DNA from: Alphaproteobacteria bacterium
GTDB taxonomy: Bacteria > Pseudomonadota > Alphaproteobacteria > UBA9219 > RGZA01
Direction: 5' to 3'
NCBI GenBank assembly: GCA_033762625.1
Contig: JANRLI010000005.1
Coordinates: forward strand, 170,835 to 234,834
DNA length: 64,000 bases
The notes beneath the pieces are model-generated. The model saw only the letters and a program-made list of their open reading frames with translations. It did not search any database and had not been told where the DNA came from. The position numbers and the translations under genes are program-made. Below are positions 1 through 11,490 of the stretch, piece by piece. Every line of letters starts with the position of its first letter. Within the stretch, counting starts at the first letter, position 1.

Positions 1-229
1 TTTGCGCGTGTAGCGCGCGGCTGTTCATCGATCCTTGATACCACTTTTAATACATCCTCTTGAAAATATACTAATCTTCCCGCGTTGCTAATCGCTTAAT
101 CCGCTATAATCGGTTGATTTTCCTAGCTGCTTTGCTGCAAATGCGAAGCTGAATTCTTGCCCGTTGCTGCGAACTGGGTCACGCTGAAATCCTTGCCTGC
201 CTCCCCTCAATCAACATCGGAGTAACCTT

Positions 230-928
230 ATGACTTACTCAACACCCAACAAACTTTTAGCGGAATTTTTTGGAACCTTTTTGCTTGTGCTGGGCGGTTG
301 CGGTAGCGCCGTGTTAGCAGCGGCTGTTCCAACCCTTGGTATCGGTTTTACCGGCGTCTCGTTGGCGTTTGGTTTAACCGTATTATGCGGCGCCTATGCC
401 TTCGGCCCGATTTCGGGTGGCCATTTTAATCCGGCGGTATCGTTTGGTTTGGCAGTGGCCGGACGTTTTTCATGGAAGGATTTTGTGCCCTATGTGATTT
501 CGCAAGTGCTTGGCGCATGTGCGGCGGCGGGTGTGATTTATCTTGTTGCAACGGGTAAAGCTGATTCATCGATTGGCGGCTTTGCAGCCAACGGATATGG
601 CGAACATTCACCAGCGGGCTATACGTTTCAAGCGGGCGTTATAATCGAAGTGGTGCTGACCGCGTTATTCTTGCTGGTGATTTTGGGTGCAACCGAAAGC
701 CGCGTGCCTGCCGGCTTTGCGCCAATCCCGATTGGCCTTGCGCTTACCCTTATCCACTTAATCTCCATTCCCGTAACCAATACATCCGTCAATCCTGCGC
801 GTTCAACGGGTCAGGCGTTGTTCGTAGGCGGCTGGGCTATTGAACAGCTTTGGGTATTCTGGGTTGCGCCGCTTGCTGGCGGTTTAATTGGCGGATTGTT
901 GCACAAAACTTTTTTTGCGCAAAAATAA
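230..928 (+). CDS. aqpZ: Aquaporin Z (MIP-family water channel)
   Basis: 232 aa with six hydrophobic segments. Both NPA boxes are present (HFNPAVS and VNPARS). The N-terminus [16 protein letters not shown] is typical of AqpZ. Confidence 0.93.
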   Translation: MTYSTPNKLLAEFFGTFLLVLGGCGSAVLAAAVPTLGIGFTGVSLAFGLTVLCGAYAFGPISGGHFNPAVSFGLAVAGRFSWKDFVPYVISQVLGACAAAGVIYLVATGKADSSIGGFAANGYGEHSPAGYTFQAGVIIEVVLTALFLLVILGATESRVPAGFAPIPIGLALTLIHLISIPVTNTSVNPARSTGQALFVGGWAIEQLWVFWVAPLAGGLIGGLLHKTFFAQK

Positions 929-946
929 GATCCCCCTGAAATAAAA

Positions 947-979
947 AGCCTGAAGGAGAAACCCTTCAGGCTTTTTTTA
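947..979. terminator. Bidirectional rho-independent terminator between aqpZ and the convergent gene
   Basis: A perfect 10-bp stem (agcctgaagg / ccttcaggct) with a 6-nt loop. It is followed by a T-run and preceded by an A-run, so it can terminate both convergent genes. Confidence 0.65.
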
Positions 980-996
980 TTGATTGTTCGTCCGGT

Positions 997-1776
997 CTAG
1001 CGGCTGCCCTGTCTGACCTTGGTAATGCCGGGATGGGATTCTTCCAGTAATTCCAAACGCTGCTGCACGATTTCCATGGTGCGGCCTTCGCAGCTATCGG
1101 TAACGCGCTGGTATTCTTCCTTTGTATCCACTTCCTTCTGGCGTTCTTTCAAATCATCTTCAACGCCGCGCATCAGCTTATTAACTTCCTGGTTTAGGAC
1201 CGAATTAATCTGGTCTTCCACCACAACGGCAGATGCGGATTGCACTACGCCGATTTTCTTTGCGATGTCACGCATCGCAATGCGGATTTTTTCGGAATGG
1301 TCTTCCAGAAGCGCGCGATCAACGGCTTTGTGTTTTTCTTCATGCGCGAGCACAACTTTGAATGGGCAGGAGCGTTTGGGGAATTCCTTGGCCACATAAA
1401 TCTTGTTGTCTTTAAACCCGAATTCGACCTGAATGGATTTAATCTGGCCACAGGTGGTCTGGCTGTAGCCTGCGCGCATTTTCATGATGTCGCTGTTGAC
1501 GCGAAAATACATCTCGCCTGTTGAAAGTCCAACGGGCCATGCTTCGCTGTGAAGACTGTCTTTGCCTTTTCCACCTTCCGATAAATCGCGGATTTTGAGC
1601 ATCGGCGTTGTGTAATCATAATCCACTTCATCGTATTGAACTTTTACATCCACCTCGGTCGGGACGTAATTATTGCATCCTTCCGTATTGGATGCCGCGA
1701 ACACAGTCGGCGCCTGAAGAACAATGGAAAAAAATGCGGAAAAAAATAAGGCAGCAAGCAGAAGGAGGTTTTGCAT
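997..1776 (-). CDS. Secreted hypothetical protein with HExxH motif (possibly DUF922/COG5661-like predicted Zn protease)
   Basis: N-terminal signal peptide MQNLLLLAALFFSAFFSIVLQAPTVFA. An HEEKH (HExxH) motif sits in VVLAHEEKHKAV. The family assignment is tentative and from memory. Confidence 0.5.
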   Translation of the reverse strand: MQNLLLLAALFFSAFFSIVLQAPTVFAASNTEGCNNYVPTEVDVKVQYDEVDYDYTTPMLKIRDLSEGGKGKDSLHSEAWPVGLSTGEMYFRVNSDIMKMRAGYSQTTCGQIKSIQVEFGFKDNKIYVAKEFPKRSCPFKVVLAHEEKHKAVDRALLEDHSEKIRIAMRDIAKKIGVVQSASAVVVEDQINSVLNQEVNKLMRGVEDDLKERQKEVDTKEEYQRVTDSCEGRTMEIVQQRLELLEESHPGITKVRQGSR

Positions 1777-1937
1777 AATGTTTCAAGAATCTTTGAAGTG
1801 GGCAGAAGGCACACTCTATTGGTCACATAAACACCTTAATAACCTCTAAATACGATTTATTCCCGATGCTGCCCCCTGTTCTTTATACGATGTTCTTGGC
1901 ATGATGTTCGAATATTGATTCGGATAGGCATACCCCC

Positions 1938-2822
1938 GTGCAGGACGACGACATCTCCTTTGACCAAGAAAACGATTTAAAACTGCGCCGCAGGCAATTC
2001 ATGCAGTTGGCCGGCTGCGCGATGGCCTTGAGCTCGTGCCTTATTTTGCCACACAAGTCGTTTGCCCAGACGGTTGCGGCCCTTGGTAAAAATACCGATA
2101 AAAACAACGGCCAATTGCCCGGCCGCAAGCCCAAACCCCCACGGCTGATTATGATTGACCCGGGCCATGGCGGCCATGACCCCGGCGCAATTGGCAAACA
2201 TGGCACCTATGAAAAGGACGTAACGCTCGATATTTCGCGGCGTCTTGTCGATAACCTTAATCAGGGCGGGAATGTGCTTGCCAAGCTCACACGGCGCAGT
2301 GATGTATTCCTGCCGCTCAAGGAGCGCGTGAACATCGCGCGTGAAGCCCGTGCTGATTTATTCATTTCCATTCATGCCGATAGTGCGCCAACCCAAGCCG
2401 CCCGCGGATTATCCGCATATTCGCTTTCTGAAAAAGGTACGGATAAATTTGCTCGCGAACTCGCGATGCGGGAAAACAGTGTGGATGAGGTTGGCGGCGT
2501 TGACCTGAAAGGCACGGAGCCGGATGTTGCAGCGATTTTAATGGATTTGACCGCGCGCCATACGCGCAATGCCGCACTTAAAGCCAAGAAACAAATCGTG
2601 CGTGGCATACGCGGCAAATGGCAATTACTCGATAATCCCATTCGTGCAGCCAATTTTGCGGTACTGCGCGCACCGGATATTCCATCTATTCTTCTGGAGA
2701 CAGGTTTTCTATCCAGCATCAAGGATGAAGCATTATTACGCGATGCTGCCCAGCGCCAACGGATTGCCGGTCTTCTGTCCAAGGAAATGACTGCACTGTT
2801 ATCCAGCCCGCCTTTTGCGTAA
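1938..2822 (+). CDS. N-acetylmuramoyl-L-alanine amidase (AmiC-like), probable Tat substrate
   Basis: Amidase_3 hallmarks are present: IMIDPGHGGHDPGA, ISIHADS and ETGFLS. The N-terminus has the twin-arginine motif RRRQFMQLAG. The start codon is GTG. Confidence 0.88.
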   Translation: MQDDDISFDQENDLKLRRRQFMQLAGCAMALSSCLILPHKSFAQTVAALGKNTDKNNGQLPGRKPKPPRLIMIDPGHGGHDPGAIGKHGTYEKDVTLDISRRLVDNLNQGGNVLAKLTRRSDVFLPLKERVNIAREARADLFISIHADSAPTQAARGLSAYSLSEKGTDKFARELAMRENSVDEVGGVDLKGTEPDVAAILMDLTARHTRNAALKAKKQIVRGIRGKWQLLDNPIRAANFAVLRAPDIPSILLETGFLSSIKDEALLRDAAQRQRIAGLLSKEMTALLSSPPFA

Positions 2823-2907
2823 ACAGTTGCATCTATCCGGTTGCTTTTTATAGGCACTGACATAAAACTATGAATGTCCGGTTGTCGCTTCCGCTGTAAG
2901 GAGATCC

Positions 2908-4605
2908 TTGATGTTTGAATACCATTCACGCCGCATCACATTATGTTTGCTGGCTTCAGGTTTTATGCTGGTCAGCCATGCCGCGTGTGCCACCATCATC
3001 GATGCAACATCGCGCGTGACCGCAGCAACGGTATTGCCAGATCGTGCGATTATCACACGTGAGGTGAAAGCACATGTTCCATCCGGCGCGCATGTCGTTT
3101 CCATTAAAAATATTCCTTCAGGAGTGAATGAAGCATCGCTTCGTGTTGAAGGAAAAGGTACGGCCGCCATCAAAATCGGCGCGGTAGAAGTCAAGCATGT
3201 GTATCTGTCGGAATTGGCAGGCGAAGCTGAACGTGCCAAAATGGCAGAGGTTGAAGCCAAGCAAGATGAACGCGCGCTGATTGAAGCTGAAATCACCGCC
3301 CTTGATACGCGGGCATCGTTTATCACACGGCTGGTGAATGCTGGCGCAGAAAAGAGCGATGTAACCACAGGCGCCAAGATAGATTTCCAGCCCGAAAAAT
3401 GGACGCAAGCATGGTCGCTGCTGCAAACAGGTATGGTGGATACACAAAAGGAACTTGCGGCCAAGCGAATTGCGCTGCGCAAGATTGATGTTGTGCTGCA
3501 AAAATTGAATCAGGAATTGGCGCAAGTGCGCAGCACCAAAGCAATGGAACGCCGCGATGCGCAAATTCATCTGGAAGCATCGGGTGAAAGCGATGTGACG
3601 CTGACGCTTACCTATCAAAGCAATGGTGTGACATGGCAACCGGTTTATGATGCACGCCTCGATACATCTGGCGGCGAGTTGGCGCTTGAGCAATATGGGC
3701 AAGTGCGTCAACAAACCGGTGAGGATTGGTCGGATATTGTGCTGACCCTTTCCACGGCACGGCCAGCGATGAGTTCGGAAATGCCGCCCCTGCGTGATTG
3801 GCGCGTGGGCACTTATGCGCCGCCGCCGATCGCGATGATGGAAAGTTCTTATAACCAGATGGCAAAACGCTCTGCACCGGCCGGCGCTGCAATGGATAGT
3901 CTGGCTGCTGCCGCGCCTGCGGCTCCCGAACCCGTTGCGATTGAAGCCGAGTTACAACAAGCGAGCGTTGTATCCACCGAATATGCCGCAGAATTTAAGG
4001 TACCCGGGCGTATTGATTTGAAATCAACCTCGGATGCTACAAAGCTTTATATTAATACCGTAAAAATGAAGTCGGCATTGTCAGCGCGTGTTACCCCGCG
4101 GCTTGACCCGCATGCTTATTTATTTGTTGAAGCAACCAACACTGCCGATTTTCCGGTTATCCCTGGCCCGGTTTCCAAATACCGCGATGGTACGTTTATT
4201 GGCAATGCCGCTATGCCGTTGCTGCGACCATCTGAAAAAGCAGATTTGTCCTTTGGCACTGATGACCGTGTGAAGGTGACGTACAAGCGTATCAAGGATG
4301 ACACCAGCAACCCCGCCTTGTTGGTTGGCGATGCTACGATTGTTCGCCAATATGAAACCAAATTGCAAAATCTGCACAAGACAGATTTGCCAATTACAAT
4401 TTACGAACAATATCCCATCTCAAATGATGGCGATGTTAAAACCGAAGTAATCGAAGATTTGACAAGCAAGGATTCCATCAAAGATCCGGATAACCGGCTG
4501 GGCGTAGTGGTGTGGAAAACGACGCTGAAACCCAACGAGGAAAAAGGCTATACGCTGGGCTTCAAGGTCAAATACCCCAAAGGAAGCCCAATTAATGGGC
4601 TTTAG
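2908..4605 (+). CDS. DUF4140/DUF4139 family protein (mucoidy-inhibitor MuiA-like, TIGR02231-type)
   Basis: 565 aa with a signal peptide, an N-terminal beta domain, a central coiled coil and the segment TWQPVYDARLD...EDWSDIVLTLSTARP. This layout is typical of the family, from memory. Confidence 0.65.
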   Translation: MMFEYHSRRITLCLLASGFMLVSHAACATIIDATSRVTAATVLPDRAIITREVKAHVPSGAHVVSIKNIPSGVNEASLRVEGKGTAAIKIGAVEVKHVYLSELAGEAERAKMAEVEAKQDERALIEAEITALDTRASFITRLVNAGAEKSDVTTGAKIDFQPEKWTQAWSLLQTGMVDTQKELAAKRIALRKIDVVLQKLNQELAQVRSTKAMERRDAQIHLEASGESDVTLTLTYQSNGVTWQPVYDARLDTSGGELALEQYGQVRQQTGEDWSDIVLTLSTARPAMSSEMPPLRDWRVGTYAPPPIAMMESSYNQMAKRSAPAGAAMDSLAAAAPAAPEPVAIEAELQQASVVSTEYAAEFKVPGRIDLKSTSDATKLYINTVKMKSALSARVTPRLDPHAYLFVEATNTADFPVIPGPVSKYRDGTFIGNAAMPLLRPSEKADLSFGTDDRVKVTYKRIKDDTSNPALLVGDATIVRQYETKLQNLHKTDLPITIYEQYPISNDGDVKTEVIEDLTSKDSIKDPDNRLGVVVWKTTLKPNEEKGYTLGFKVKYPKGSPINGL

Positions 4606-4693
4606 CTGTTAGCTAGGTCTTGCCTTTACCTGTGGAAAACCTTAATTTGGCGAGGTTCCTCAATTTATTAGCCCCAAGATCGCTGGTTATCTC

Positions 4694-6076
4694 GTGTTCC
4701 GGTTCTTCCTCCTGTTTTGCTTGAATGTGGTTTTGGCTTCGCCAGTCATGGCCGATGACCCGAACCAACAGGCGAACCGCACCTTTACCGAAGCGATGCA
4801 GCTTATCCGCCGTGCCGGGGCAACCTATGACACACGTGAAGCTGTACGGTTGCTGCGCGGCGCCGACAAGTCGTTAAAGAAGATTGTGAATGACTATCCC
4901 GAAAGCACGATTGCGGTGCAATTGATTACCAATCAGTTTATCGGTGATTTCGATATTATGGATTTCCGCAGCCGTATCCGCAGCCTGTCCTGCGAGCGCG
5001 GTAATTATGTCGAGGATTTTTTGGCTGAACACGGCATTGCAACATCAACTGGTCCGTCTACCGATGCTTGTTTTCTCTATCGCATTGAAACACTGTTACC
5101 AGCCCTTGAACATCCGATTGTGAATGCGCGGTGGGATTGGCTATCGCTTGGCGTTGCCTATCATCTATTGGGTCAGCCCGACCGCGCGCGCGATATTATT
5201 TTGCCATTCATCAATGCGCTCATGACCAAGAGCAAGGTCAATGATAATCAAGAGTCGCTCATGTTTCTTGCGCGCGCGATGATGTTGATTGGCGAGAAAG
5301 ACCAGTCCTTTAAAATTTCACAGCGCATTAGCGACTGTTCCTCCAAGCTTTACAACCTGATGGATATGACGAAGCAGGCGGCATGGAATAATAATGCAGT
5401 CGAGGCCCGCCAATTCGCAGACCAAGCCCGCGATTATGTCGAGGACAATCAATGCAGCTGGCAAAAGAGCATCGTGGCGCAGGCGCTGAAACTGACCGAC
5501 CGCGAAGCGGAAGGCAAAAAAATTTACGATGCGATTGAAAGCGAACAGTTCACGAATGTGAAGACCGAAAACCGTGACGAAAGCACCCCGCCCGAATTAG
5601 CGGTCGCGGCCGCGGCCATGGGCGAACCGGAAACCGCATTCAGTATGCTGCGTGTGGTTATGGAGCAAAACCCATGGACGATTTCCGCCGCGATTGAAGA
5701 ATTAGGCAAGCGCGGCGAATACGATGTGACCGAAAACTTCATCAACGATTTAAAGGGGCTTGATCAGAAAGCCGAAGCATATGCAACGCTTGTTGAAACC
5801 GCAGTGCGCCGCAATGAACCTAAACGCGCAACTGCTATCATGACCAAGCTGATTAATCTGCGCGCCAGCCCAAGCCAGCCAGAACAGCAAGCGCTGATAT
5901 TGGCCATGCGCGCACGTGCTGAAAAAGACCTTTATAAAGATGAGCGTTGGCGCGACACGATGCAAACCGCGCTGAACACTGCTGATCTTGTTGATGAAGG
6001 AAAACGCAGTCAGGTGGCATTACCGCTAATCGCAACGCTTGGTTACATCAAAACCAGCCATCCGCTATTGGATTAA
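4694..6076 (+). CDS. Secreted hypothetical protein, helical-repeat (TPR-like) appearance
   Basis: 460-aa ORF with signal peptide MFRFFLLFCLNVVLASPVMA. The rest looks alpha-helical and repeat-like. No catalytic motif was recognised. Confidence 0.5.
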   Translation: MFRFFLLFCLNVVLASPVMADDPNQQANRTFTEAMQLIRRAGATYDTREAVRLLRGADKSLKKIVNDYPESTIAVQLITNQFIGDFDIMDFRSRIRSLSCERGNYVEDFLAEHGIATSTGPSTDACFLYRIETLLPALEHPIVNARWDWLSLGVAYHLLGQPDRARDIILPFINALMTKSKVNDNQESLMFLARAMMLIGEKDQSFKISQRISDCSSKLYNLMDMTKQAAWNNNAVEARQFADQARDYVEDNQCSWQKSIVAQALKLTDREAEGKKIYDAIESEQFTNVKTENRDESTPPELAVAAAAMGEPETAFSMLRVVMEQNPWTISAAIEELGKRGEYDVTENFINDLKGLDQKAEAYATLVETAVRRNEPKRATAIMTKLINLRASPSQPEQQALILAMRARAEKDLYKDERWRDTMQTALNTADLVDEGKRSQVALPLIATLGYIKTSHPLLD

Positions 6077-6246
6077 GCATTGCGTTTTTTCCGCTAACTT
6101 GGTTAGCGCGCCAAAAAATCCCCTTATAAATCAGAATGCTAAGAAACCCTTTATTTTAAGCATGTTTCTTAATTCATACTTAACCAGTATGAAATATACT
6201 CAATACATAAAAACTATAAAAAACTTTATGTATTTTTGGAGGGACT

Positions 6247-6414
6247 ATGTACATCGGAGAAGAAAAGACAGGGTTAGAAAAAATGCTCATGAGTATGAAC
6301 GCTGCCTGTGCAACATTCTTCCGCGTCACAGGCAAAGTTCTTCGCGGCATAGCACGGTTTCTTGCAGGCGATGCAAACCAGAACGGCCGCAACTATAAAG
6401 AAGTGAACTCATAA
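6247..6414 (+). CDS. Possible small protein (55 aa), not in the ORF track
   Basis: ATG preceded by GGAGGG with a short spacer. The ORF ends 28 nt before a hairpin terminator. It lies in an AT-rich intergenic region, and no homology was recognised. Confidence 0.25.
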   Translation: MYIGEEKTGLEKMLMSMNAACATFFRVTGKVLRGIARFLAGDANQNGRNYKEVNS

Positions 6415-6441
6415 GTATCACTTCAATGGGATAATAAAAAA

Positions 6442-6468
6442 CCCTGCCAGCGTCTGCGGCAGGGTTTT
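6442..6468. terminator. Hairpin terminator downstream of petC (usable from both strands)
   Basis: Stem ccctgcc / ggcaggg, flanked by an A-run on one side and a T-run on the other. It lies just downstream of the petC stop on the minus strand. Confidence 0.5.
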
Positions 6469-6492
6469 GTGTTTTTGGGCTATGCAAACCTT

Positions 6493-7275
6493 TTAGTGCA
6501 GGTCACGCCACAGGCTGCGCTTTGCCGCATAGAAAATGCCTGCCATCACAAGCAGAAAGATAATGGCACGTGCGCCAAAACGCTTTCTATCTTCCATATG
6601 GGGTTCTGCCGCCCATGCAAGAAACTGCGTTACGTCTTTAGCCATTTGTTCCTTCGTTGCTTTGGTGCCATCGCTGTAGGAAACAAGGTCGTCGCCTGAA
6701 AGCGGTGATGGCATCGCGATTTGGAGGCCCGGGAACACATCATTATAATTCATGCCGGGCATGAGCTTCACATCTTCTGGCGGGGTGCCGTAACCGGTCA
6801 GGAGGGAATAAATGTAATCTTCACCGCCGTGGCGCGCTTTTACGATAAGCGATAAATCTGGTGGGTAAGCGCCGTTGTTGGCTGCACGTGCAGCCTTTTC
6901 ATTGGCAAACGGTGCTTTGAAATGGTCGGATGGCAGTGCAGGGCGTTCAAACATTGCGCCTTCGTCATTCGGGCCGTCGGTCACCGTGTATTCGGAAGCA
7001 ATGGCTTTCACTTCGTTTTCACTATAGCCGATGGATGCAAGGTTGCGGTAGCTGAGCAGGTTCATGGAATGGCAAGCTGCGCAAACCTGCTTGTAAACCA
7101 GAAAGCCGCGTTGCAATGCGCCGCGATCATACGTTCCAAACAACCCGGATTGCGGCCAGCCGCCTTCAGGGGTGCGAAGATGATGTTCTGACTCATTCGC
7201 CCATGCGGGTGATGCGATTAATGTTGTCGCTAGGGCGATAACTGCAAAAAAACGATTCATAGATACAAACTCCAA
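6493..7275 (-). CDS. petC: Cytochrome c1 of the ubiquinol-cytochrome c reductase
   Basis: Signal peptide, haem-binding CAACHS (CxxCH) and a C-terminal membrane anchor (AIIFLLVMAGIFYAA). It is the last gene of the petABC operon. Confidence 0.9.
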   Translation of the reverse strand: MEFVSMNRFFAVIALATTLIASPAWANESEHHLRTPEGGWPQSGLFGTYDRGALQRGFLVYKQVCAACHSMNLLSYRNLASIGYSENEVKAIASEYTVTDGPNDEGAMFERPALPSDHFKAPFANEKAARAANNGAYPPDLSLIVKARHGGEDYIYSLLTGYGTPPEDVKLMPGMNYNDVFPGLQIAMPSPLSGDDLVSYSDGTKATKEQMAKDVTQFLAWAAEPHMEDRKRFGARAIIFLLVMAGIFYAAKRSLWRDLH

Positions 7276-7278
7276 ATC

Positions 7279-8550
7279 TTATTTCTTATCAGCGAGAATA
7301 GCTTCGTGGATGCTGGGTGGCAGCGGCAGAGGCTTTTCAATTTTGTTCAGCACTGGCAGCACGATGAGATAATGCGCAAAGTAAAGGAATGTGCAAATCT
7401 GGCTGGTAATCGTGTAGATGCCTTCAGGCGGCTTTGCGCCCATGAAGCCCAGCGTGATGCATACCGCCATGTGCAACCAGAAGAACTTCTGATACAACGG
7501 ACGGAAACGCGCCGAACGTACAGGAGATGTATCCAGCCAAGGGAGGATGAACATCATTGCGATGGAGCCAAACATCAGCAACACGCCGCCAAGCTTGGAG
7601 GAGATAATGATGATGTCGGTGAATGGTACAACGATGTCGATGGTGAAGGAGCGTAAAATCGCATAGAAGGGCAAGAAGTACCATTCAGGCACGATGTGCG
7701 CAGGCGTGACCATCGGGTTAGCCGGGGTGTAGTTATCAGGATGGCCCATATAGTTTGGTGCATAGAATACAAACGCTGCATACACAATCAGGAATACGCA
7801 CACGCCGAACAGATCCTTGACAGTATAATAAGGGCTGAAGGGAACGGTATCCTTGTCTGATTTTGGTTCGATGCCCAGCGGGTTGTTCGAGCCCGATACG
7901 TGCAAAGCCGCAATGTGCAAGAACACAACGCCAAGGATAACGAACGGCATCAGGAAGTGCAGCGCAAAGAAGCGGGTAAGAGTTGGATTATCAACCGAGA
8001 AACCACCCCACAGCCATGTCACGATCGTGTCGCCAATAAGCGGGATAGCACTAAATAAATTGGTGATAACGGTTGCGCCCCAGAAGCTCATTTGACCCCA
8101 AGGAAGCACATAGCCCATGAATGCGGTGGCCATCATCAGCAACAGAATGAGCACGCCCAAAATCCACAATAATTCGCGTGGCTGTTTATATGATCCGTAA
8201 TACAGGCCACGGAAGATGTGAATATAAACGGCAATAAAGAACATGGATGCGCCGTTCATGTGGATGTAACGCACAAGCCATCCGTAATCCACATCGCGCA
8301 TGATGCGTTCAACTACATTGAATGAAAGTTTAGTATCAGCGGTGTAGTGCATCGCCAGCACAAGGCCAGATGCAATCATTACCATCAGCATGACCATAGC
8401 AATCGCGCCAAAGTTCCACAGATAGTTGAAGTTGCGTGGAGTTGGAAACACTCCATACTCTTTTTGCATCATAGTGAAGATGGGTAGGCGCTTATCAATC
8501 CAGTTGATAACGGGGTTGCCAAAATCGGTGGGGGTGGTGTTACCGGCCAT
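7279..8550 (-). CDS. petB: Cytochrome b
   Basis: 423-aa polytopic protein with conserved cytochrome b segments ([32 protein letters not shown]). Confidence 0.95.
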   Translation of the reverse strand: MAGNTTPTDFGNPVINWIDKRLPIFTMMQKEYGVFPTPRNFNYLWNFGAIAMVMLMVMIASGLVLAMHYTADTKLSFNVVERIMRDVDYGWLVRYIHMNGASMFFIAVYIHIFRGLYYGSYKQPRELLWILGVLILLLMMATAFMGYVLPWGQMSFWGATVITNLFSAIPLIGDTIVTWLWGGFSVDNPTLTRFFALHFLMPFVILGVVFLHIAALHVSGSNNPLGIEPKSDKDTVPFSPYYTVKDLFGVCVFLIVYAAFVFYAPNYMGHPDNYTPANPMVTPAHIVPEWYFLPFYAILRSFTIDIVVPFTDIIIISSKLGGVLLMFGSIAMMFILPWLDTSPVRSARFRPLYQKFFWLHMAVCITLGFMGAKPPEGIYTITSQICTFLYFAHYLIVLPVLNKIEKPLPLPPSIHEAILADKK

Positions 8551-8591
8551 AGAAGAAATCCTTGTAGTATAGTGAAGACTTAACCGCGTTC

Positions 8592-9218
8592 TTAGCCAAT
8601 GCGAATGCGGTTTTCGGAAAGGAAGGTGTAGGTGGGAACAGCAAGATTATGCGGTGCCGGGCCTTTGCGGATGCGGCCTGCACTATCATAGTGCGAACCA
8701 TGGCATGGACAGAACCAACCATCGAAATCGCCGTGCATATCGGTTGATTTCTGACCCATCGGCACGCAGCCCAAATGGGTGCACACACCAACCATCACCA
8801 GCCATTGCGGCATTTCTTTACCGCCAAAGGTGGACTGCTTTACACGGTCAGCATCTTTTTGTTTGTCACGCAGGTTATTGAATGTTGCGGCATCGCTATC
8901 AACCTTGCGGGCAAGTTCGATATCTTGCGCGGTGCGGCGGCGGATGAACACAGGCTTGCCACGCCACATGACGGTGACGGCCTGGCCTTCCTGAATATGC
9001 GATAAATCGATTTCGGTGGTGGAAAGCGCCAGCGTATCTTTTGCAGGGCCTAAGGTTGCAACAAACGGCCATGCAACGACACCCGTTCCAACGGCTGCCA
9101 TCGATGCGGCTGAAATGAAGATAAAATCCCGTTTGCTTTCATCGTGGCACTCTTCTTGGCCATTCTTCTGCGGTGCATCATGGCTGCATTGCGCACCATG
9201 TGAATGTGGGTTACCCAT
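8592..9218 (-). CDS. petA: Rieske iron-sulfur subunit of the bc1 complex
   Basis: The 2Fe-2S ligand boxes CTHLGC and CPCHGS are present. The N-terminus has a KRDF Tat-like motif followed by a TM helix. Confidence 0.93.
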   Translation of the reverse strand: MGNPHSHGAQCSHDAPQKNGQEECHDESKRDFIFISAASMAAVGTGVVAWPFVATLGPAKDTLALSTTEIDLSHIQEGQAVTVMWRGKPVFIRRRTAQDIELARKVDSDAATFNNLRDKQKDADRVKQSTFGGKEMPQWLVMVGVCTHLGCVPMGQKSTDMHGDFDGWFCPCHGSHYDSAGRIRKGPAPHNLAVPTYTFLSENRIRIG

Positions 9219-9376
9219 AACTCTTTAACTCCAACAAAGCTTAAATTATTGATGCGGATTATTAGCATGCAACATGCAATAATTCCAAGCGACTCACGCT
9301 CCTTATCAGTAAATAAAGCATTTTTTGCACCTTATGTCGCTGATATGAAACAGCCGGCCCAACGAAAGACTAAAAA

Positions 9377-11047
9377 ATGGCTTCCACCATCGACCTTGAG
9401 ATTGCCCAGAAAACCCCGCTTGCGCCCATTGAAGCAATTGCCGCCAAATTAGGCATACCCGAGGGTGTATTGTTCCGCTACGGGCATACCAAAGCTAAAA
9501 TCGATCTTGCTTGGCTTAAAAAACTCCCGCCGCGCAAAAATCCCAAACTGGTGCTTGTTACCGCGATTAATCCAACGGCAGCCGGTGAAGGAAAGACAAC
9601 CACCACGATTGGTCTTGGCGATGCGCTGACTTTAATCGGCAAAAAAACCGTGATTGCGCTTCGTGAACCTTCACTTGGCCCATGCTTTGGCATGAAGGGC
9701 GGCGCAACGGGTGGCGGTTATGCACAAGTTGGCCCGATGGAAGATATCAATTTACATTTCACCGGTGATTTTCATGCGATTACTTCGGCGCATAATCTGC
9801 TTGCCGCACTGCTTGATAATCATATGTATTGGGGTAATGCCTTGAACGTGGATACGCGCAAAATAAACCTCAAACGCGCGATGGATATGAATGACCGTGC
9901 CCTTCGTCAAACCGTGGTGGGCCTCGGAAATAACGGTATTCCACGCGAAGACGGATTTGATATCACCGTTGCATCCGAAGTGATGGCGATTTTTTGCTTG
10001 GCCAAAGATGCCGATGATTTAAAAGCGCGCCTTGATAAAATGGTCATTGCGCAAAAGCAAGGCGGCGGCGTCATTACCGCAGCAGATGTAAAAGCAACCG
10101 GCGCTATGGCTGCACTGCTTAAAGATGCCCTTAATCCCAATCTGGTGCAGAGCCTGGAAGGAACACCGGCGCTTATTCATGGCGGACCATTTGCGAATAT
10201 TGCGCATGGGTGCAATTCGGTGATCGCGACCAATGCCGCACTTAAGCTCGGTGATTATGTTGTGACCGAAGCCGGATTTGGCGCGGATTTGGGCGCTGAA
10301 AAATTCCTTGATATCAAATGCAGACAATCGGGTTTGAAACCCGATGCTTGCGTGGTGGTTGCAACCATCCGCGCGCTGAAACTTCATGGCGGCGTTTTGA
10401 AGACCGATTTAAACCGCGAAGATACGGATGCAGTAAAGCGTGGCCTTACCAATTTGCAACGCCATGTGGAGAACATGAAAAAATATGGTCTGCCGGTGGT
10501 GGTTGCCATTAATCACTTTACATCTGATACACCAGCAGAAAGCAAAGTGGTGGAAGATGCGTGTAAGGCGATGGGTGTTCCGGTGCATTTATGCACGCAT
10601 TGGGGCGAGGGCGGAAAAGGCGCAAAGGGCTTGGCAGAAACCGTTGTAAAACTGGCCGAAAGCGGTACAAGCCAGTTCAAACCGATTTACGATGACAGCC
10701 TGTCATTAAAGGACAAAGTCAAATCCATCGCGCAAACAATCTACCGCGCGAAGGATGTGGCGATTGATGCAAAAGCCGCCAAAAAACTGGAACAGTTTGA
10801 AAGGGATGGCTATGGCAAACTTTCAGTCTGCATCGCTAAAACACAATATAGTTTTTCAAGTGATCCGGCACTGATGGGCGCGCCGGAAGGTTTCACATTC
10901 CCCATTCGTGATGTGCGGTTAAGCGCAGGCGCAGGATTTGTAGTGGCATTGGCGGGTGATATTATGACGATGCCGGGTTTGCCGCGTGAACCTGCCGCTG
11001 AAAAAATCGGCGTTGGCGCAGACGGAAAGATTTTTGGATTATTTTAA
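9377..11047 (+). CDS. fhs: Formate--tetrahydrofolate ligase
   Basis: 556 aa with the P-loop [11 protein letters not shown] and an overall FTHFS pattern ([18 protein letters not shown]). Confidence 0.95.
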   Translation: MASTIDLEIAQKTPLAPIEAIAAKLGIPEGVLFRYGHTKAKIDLAWLKKLPPRKNPKLVLVTAINPTAAGEGKTTTTIGLGDALTLIGKKTVIALREPSLGPCFGMKGGATGGGYAQVGPMEDINLHFTGDFHAITSAHNLLAALLDNHMYWGNALNVDTRKINLKRAMDMNDRALRQTVVGLGNNGIPREDGFDITVASEVMAIFCLAKDADDLKARLDKMVIAQKQGGGVITAADVKATGAMAALLKDALNPNLVQSLEGTPALIHGGPFANIAHGCNSVIATNAALKLGDYVVTEAGFGADLGAEKFLDIKCRQSGLKPDACVVVATIRALKLHGGVLKTDLNREDTDAVKRGLTNLQRHVENMKKYGLPVVVAINHFTSDTPAESKVVEDACKAMGVPVHLCTHWGEGGKGAKGLAETVVKLAESGTSQFKPIYDDSLSLKDKVKSIAQTIYRAKDVAIDAKAAKKLEQFERDGYGKLSVCIAKTQYSFSSDPALMGAPEGFTFPIRDVRLSAGAGFVVALAGDIMTMPGLPREPAAEKIGVGADGKIFGLF

Positions 11048-11119
11048 TATCTTGGATTAATTCGTTCTGAAACTAATTCTGCGCTATTCACGGCTACGGC
11101 TCATTATTAACATGGGCGT

Positions 11120-11488
11120 ATGAACACACGGACACAGTCTATTTTAGCGAATGGAATATGCGAAACATACGGTGCAATAACCGTTCATGTCGCCGCACAT
11201 GTGTTGTCGCCAATTGCGATGTTTGCAGCTGCCAAAGTTTTGGGTGTTCCTACAACTACAGCTACAGAATTTGCAGTGTCAGCATTTTTTGCAAGCGGGC
11301 CTGCGCTTGTGGCGGGTCGGATGGTAATGAAGCCAGCGGCGAGATATCTAGCGGCATCACATCTTTCAAAAGTAGAGGCAGCATACAACATGCGTCTTGC
11401 ACAGCTTGCAAGCTATGCTGCCGTTTTCTTGCCAGCAACCCCGTGTATCAGGACTGCTTTAACAACGGTTACATCTTCTTTGTCCTAA
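11120..11488 (+). CDS. Hypothetical Ala-rich membrane protein (doubtful)
   Basis: 122-aa ORF with hydrophobic segments. It is convergent with acnA and ends 2 nt from it. No motif or clear RBS was seen. Confidence 0.3.
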   Translation: MNTRTQSILANGICETYGAITVHVAAHVLSPIAMFAAAKVLGVPTTTATEFAVSAFFASGPALVAGRMVMKPAARYLAASHLSKVEAAYNMRLAQLASYAAVFLPATPCIRTALTTVTSSLS

Positions 11489-11490
11489 GA

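Noticed and set aside
85-110. Sigma70-like promoter upstream of aqpZ (TTGCTA ... TATAAT)
   Set aside because: The -10 hexamer TATAAT (105-110) is perfect, but the best -35-like hexamer is only 14 nt upstream, which is too short a spacer. It is not reported as a feature.
6039-6398. 119-aa plus-strand ORF in the AT-rich gap between the TPR-like gene and petC
   Set aside because: It overlaps the end of the upstream gene, has no RBS, and its sequence is basic and low-complexity, as expected from translating AT-rich spacer. The shorter ORF at 6247-6414 in another frame has a better RBS and is listed with low confidence instead.
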